From Lama glama (taxonomy: Eukaryota): a stretch of DNA of 64,000 nucleotides. The translations under genes were made by a program, and so were the position numbers. The first letter of the stretch is position 1; each line of letters opens with the position of its first letter. The notes below the pieces were generated by a model. It saw only the letters and a program-made list of their open reading frames with translations, made no database searches and was not told where the DNA came from. The DNA is taken from NCBI GenBank assembly GCA_028534125.1, contig CM052816.1, positions 8,806,001 through 8,870,000 of the forward strand. The letters are read 5' to 3'. Below are positions 60,085-64,000 of this stretch, piece after piece.

Positions 60085-61115
60085 TTTCATTCATTCAACA
60101 AAAACGGGCTGAGTGCCTATGATGGTTGGCACTGTTGTGTCTGGGATACATCAGTAAACAAAGGGGACAGAGACTCCCTCTGGGAAGGCAGCATTCTAGT
60201 GGGAGGAGATAAAATAAGTCGATTAAATAGTTTGCTAGAAGATGATACCAGCAGGGCAGGGTGACTGGGCCTGCTGGGGGTTGGAGGGGTAGGGCAGCTT
60301 CAATGAAAAGGCAACATCTTCATCAAGACAGGGGAGAGCAGGAGTTTACCATGATTATGTTTCAGGGAAGGATGTTCCAGGCAGAGGGATGACACCACAA
60401 AAGCCCCAATGTGGGAGTGCACCTGCAAGGCTGGAGACACGGCAGTGAGGCCAGAGTGGCTCAGCTGAGGAAGGTGAGTGGTGAGGCCTCGACCATGGAG
60501 GGCCTTGCAGGCCACTGGAAGGACTTTAGGTTTTACTTGAAGGAAAGTAGGAGCCATTACAGTTTTACACACAGGCCTGACATGATCTGTCTTTCATTAT
60601 AAAAGGATCATCTGGCTGATGTGTTGACAAGAGCTGAGGGGGTCGGGTGGGGGACCTGGTAGGAAACTTGCAGTAGTCCAGGTGAGGGATGCTGGGGGCT
60701 GAGACCAGACAAGAGGCAGTGGTAGGAAGCAGTCAGGTTCTGGATAGATGTGGAAAGTCAAGCAGATGGGATTTCCTGACGTATCTTATAAAGGATATGA
60801 GAGAAAGAAATGATTCAAGGTTTTGGCCAGAGCAAGTGAAAGGAGCCAAGCTGGGGAGATGCTGGGAGGGGCAGGCTCAGGGGGAAAGATCAGATGCTTA
60901 GGTTTAGACCTGCTGAGTCTGAGATGCCCATTAGCCCTTCCAGTGCAGACACAGGGGTGGCAGCTGACACAGGAGCCTGCAGTTCTGGAGGGAGGTCTAG
61001 GCTGGAGGTCATATTTGGGAATCAGGTAGGAGGAATTTAAAGCCTTGAGACTGGCTGAGCTCAACCAGGGAGGGTGAGTAGTTGAGGGGAGAAGAGGACA
61101 AAGGACTGAGGCTGA
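60085..61115 (-). mobile_element. L2 LINE fragment
   Basis: Begins CATTCATTCAACAAA (reverse L2 tail); continues with GAGGGCCTTGCAGGCCACTGGAAGGACTTT and TCTGGCTGATGTGTTG-type L2 body. Confidence 0.75.
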
Positions 61116-61621
61116 GCCATTCATCTTATGAGGCGTGAGAGGAGACGGACTCAGCCAAGCAGACCAGGGAGTGCTCGTGCAGTTCCTCGACCTTGAATGC
61201 CCCTCCCTGCCCCTTCACCACTCCAGCAAAATCCTACTGCAACTTTCAAGGCCCAGAACAGTTGCCATGCTTTGGGCAAGACAAGCCCCGATGACTCTCT
61301 CAGGCAGATGTGTGCCCTGTGCTGGAGGATGGTGGGTGATGTGTGTGCCCATCTGCCCCAGTGATGAGCTGGGAAGATGAGGTCCTCTATTAGATGAATC
61401 CCCTGGGGCCCAGAGGCCTCAATGGGGCAGCTCCTGAATCTGATCCAAACAGCACTGGACCTGAGATCTGAGCCTCCCTTTCACCATGGGGTGAATACCA
61501 TCTCCTGCCAGCTCAGCGGGGCAGTGTTGTTTAGTTGACTGTACTAAGCTGAGTAAATGAGAAATCATTATGGGGAGAGTTGAGAGAGGGCAGACAGGCA
61601 GGCCGAGGTCTGGAGGCTCAC

Positions 61622-61833
61622 CAGCAAAGGCGGGCATGGCGGCTGACTGGCCATAGCTGGCCCGCAGGACAGCGGAGACGACGTCGTCGATAAAGCGCTG
61701 TGTGACGCCCACCTGGAGCAGAGACTCGGCCACGGAGCGCTGGGTCATGTTGACGAAGGCGGACTCCCCCAGCGAGTAGAGCAGTTCCTCCACACCCGAG
61801 AAGGCATAACCGTGGGCCTGGTACTTATAGATC
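61622..61833 (-). CDS. PCYOX1L: PCYOX1L coding exon (RIYKYQAHGYAFSGVEELL...MPAFA)
   Basis: 212 nt; acceptor CTGCCAG|G, donor GCTG|GTGAGC; phases 2/1 are consistent. Confidence 0.96.
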
Positions 61834-63586
61834 CTGGCAGACACGTGGAGCCACAGCCCTTGTGCAGAAAGGCCTTTTCGGCTGACCACCCACTACTGGG
61901 TCACTGTACCTGGGGCCCAGCAGGGACCAGCCCCTCCTCTCCATGTCAGGGGGTGGGGAGGCTGGTTATGGTACCCTTGGCCTGTTCACTGGCTGTGGTG
62001 GGACTGGCCACCCTAAAGGAACAGCACAGAAGGAAGGGCAAATACTCTGGAATCCCATTAGACCTGGCTTCACATCGTGGCTCTGCTGAGCGATAATCAT
62101 GTCCCCTCTCTGAGCCACTCCCTGCCTGAGGTCGTAGTCCTCACTCAGCTGGAACTGCCGAGCAGTGGGCCTGGCACCCCCACTGACACATTACCTCTCT
62201 GTAGCTTCGGCTCTGCCCTGGTTTCTAGGACCACATTGTACTGATGGCAGCTGCCTTATGCCAAAACTGTCACCCTTTCTGCTAGCCCAGCCTGTCTTCC
62301 ACCCTGGCTCAGTCCGACAGGGTTCCCACTCACCCCCTAATGAGCTGATGTCTCATTCCCCCACAACTCCTCCAATCTCAGGGACTGGCATTGCCTGGAA
62401 CCATCTGCTGACGGACTTTCGGACGGCTGGCCTTTGAAATGTTGCTCCTGTTTGAACTGCTTTGTATATGTGTTGAGTTAGGTTATTGACAGGACACCCA
62501 GATAGAGGTGTCATGAGATCAGTTAGAAACTGCTTAGTATGTTTAAAACTTAAGGGGAAACTGGGGCTGATAGGTAGAAGTTGTCTCCCACGAAAGGGAG
62601 AACTCGACACTCCAGGTTTGGATAAAATTGACAAGGGAGGAATATGTAAGAAAGAAGAAAGAGGGGTAAAGACATAACTTTGGGGGACACTGGGAGAATA
62701 TAAGGAAGAAGTGCCATGAAAAGCACAGTTAGGGGAGTGGATAGAGCAGAGAAGTGCCAGAAACGAGGAAGTGTCTGAGTGTCTGATGCTGAAGCCTCTG
62801 CATCAGGGCCAGGAAACAGGGAGAACCTTCAGGAGGGACTCTGGGAGGGGGGTGCTGGATGCCAGCCTGGCGAGTGAGTGGACTGTGAGAGGTGGACAGG
62901 GTGACAACAGACCACTTGTCCTCATTATCTGGAGGTGATGGGGAGGGGCTGGGACCCAAGGAGGAGACAGGTGATAAAGGTGTTTGTTCTAGATGGTACT
63001 GGGGGACAGAAGAGTTTGTAAATGGTGGCCCAAAGGCTATTTGTGGCCTACAGATATGTTCTGTTTGCTTCATAAGAGGAATTGATTGCCCACACTGAAA
63101 AACTGGGAGATTTCACAGATAACTCTGGATTTCCACCTTCTTCTGACACACTGGAAAATCTAGCCACGTGAGGCTGGCATTTCCACGTGGCCACAATTGG
63201 CTCGAGCAGAGAGCTGGCTGCCCCTTCACATGGGGCCTTGCTCTCCAGGGCCCCCCAACCCCTATCCTGCCCTTCCACCCAACTGCTTCACCTATTTGTA
63301 AGCCAGGTGGGCCTTTATAGGTAACTGAGTTTGTAACCCGTGCTTTTATTTACCAGTTTAGCTGAGGGAAAGAGGATGTGACACTACCAGAGACCAACCA
63401 CTGCAGCACCAAGTAAGTACCTCCTTGACACAGGGCATGCCCAGAACCTGGGCTGAACTGTGCTGGGTGCTCACACCTGGCAAGGACCTTTTCGCTTTCA
63501 CTGGTGTATAGTCAAGTCGGTTCCTTTGGCACCTCTTTTCCTCTCTTCCTCTGGAATGCCCTCCCCACGGCTCTGCCCAGCCCTAC

Positions 63587-63761
63587 CTCATGAACTTCTC
63601 CATGACCTCCTCCACCCACATCTGCAGCCTCAGGAAGCTGATGCCATAGTGCCACCAGAGGCGGAAGAGGTTCAGCAGGTACCAGTCAGTTTCCTCCAGC
63701 ACGAAATTCTCCCCGTTGAAGATGGCACTCCTGCCTCCCACCTCGCGCCGGTGCCGCAGCC
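63587..63761 (-). CDS. PCYOX1L: PCYOX1L coding exon (GLRHRREVGGRSAIFNGENFVLEETDWYLLNLFRLWWHYGISFLRLQMWVEEVMEKFM); upstream exons outside the window
   Basis: 175 nt; acceptor TCTCCTCAG|GG, donor ATGAG|GTAGGG; in frame with the next exon. Translated by hand because it is not in the ORF track. Confidence 0.95.
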
Positions 63762-64000
63762 CTGAGGAGATAAGGAGGTCTCAGGTCCCCTTCAGAGGGC
63801 CCCCTGGGGGACCCAGCAATGCCTGAAGCTTAAACTCGGGGACTTCCTGAAGGATGCACAGGGACTGGCTCCATGAGAAGGAATATGAACGCCATGGTTT
63901 GTGCCTCTCTGATGCTTATTTAAAAACAGTAAACCATGCACTGGGAAGATGTCTGACCTGGTTAGTCAACAAAGAATTGAAAATAATGTACCATGTTACA

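Overview
Mammalian genomic DNA. Two tRNA-Ala-derived SINEs resembling camelid Vic-1 suggest a camelid. The window is the conserved miR-145/miR-143/CARMN - IL17B - PCYOX1L locus. The minus strand carries pre-miR-145 (14965-15052) and pre-miR-143 (16501-16606), inside a host lncRNA (CARMN/MIR143HG) with a probable first exon at about 34338-34463 and a candidate poly(A) signal at 13270. It also carries the last four coding exons of PCYOX1L, whose 5' part lies beyond the window. The plus strand carries the complete three-exon IL17B (180 aa). The rest is old interspersed repeats (MIR, L2, L1, MLT1, MER), a 500-N gap and regulatory DNA. Nearly all ORFs in the supplied track are spurious. Most interesting observations: (i) a textbook 3' splice site whose AG lies inside mature miR-145-5p, paired with a 162-nt candidate exon that contains the whole miR-143 hairpin, a possible splicing-versus-Microprocessor switch; (ii) an orphan CpG island with a perfect plus-strand splice donor, on the side of miR-145 where mouse Braveheart lies; (iii) a palindromic triple CTCF-like cluster with tandem octamers; (iv) a MEF2+CArG module in the host intron; (v) an inverted SINE pair bracketing miR-145; (vi) a perfect 108-bp duplication of an RBPJ motif. 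All were found by eye and are hypotheses; repeat boundaries are approximate.
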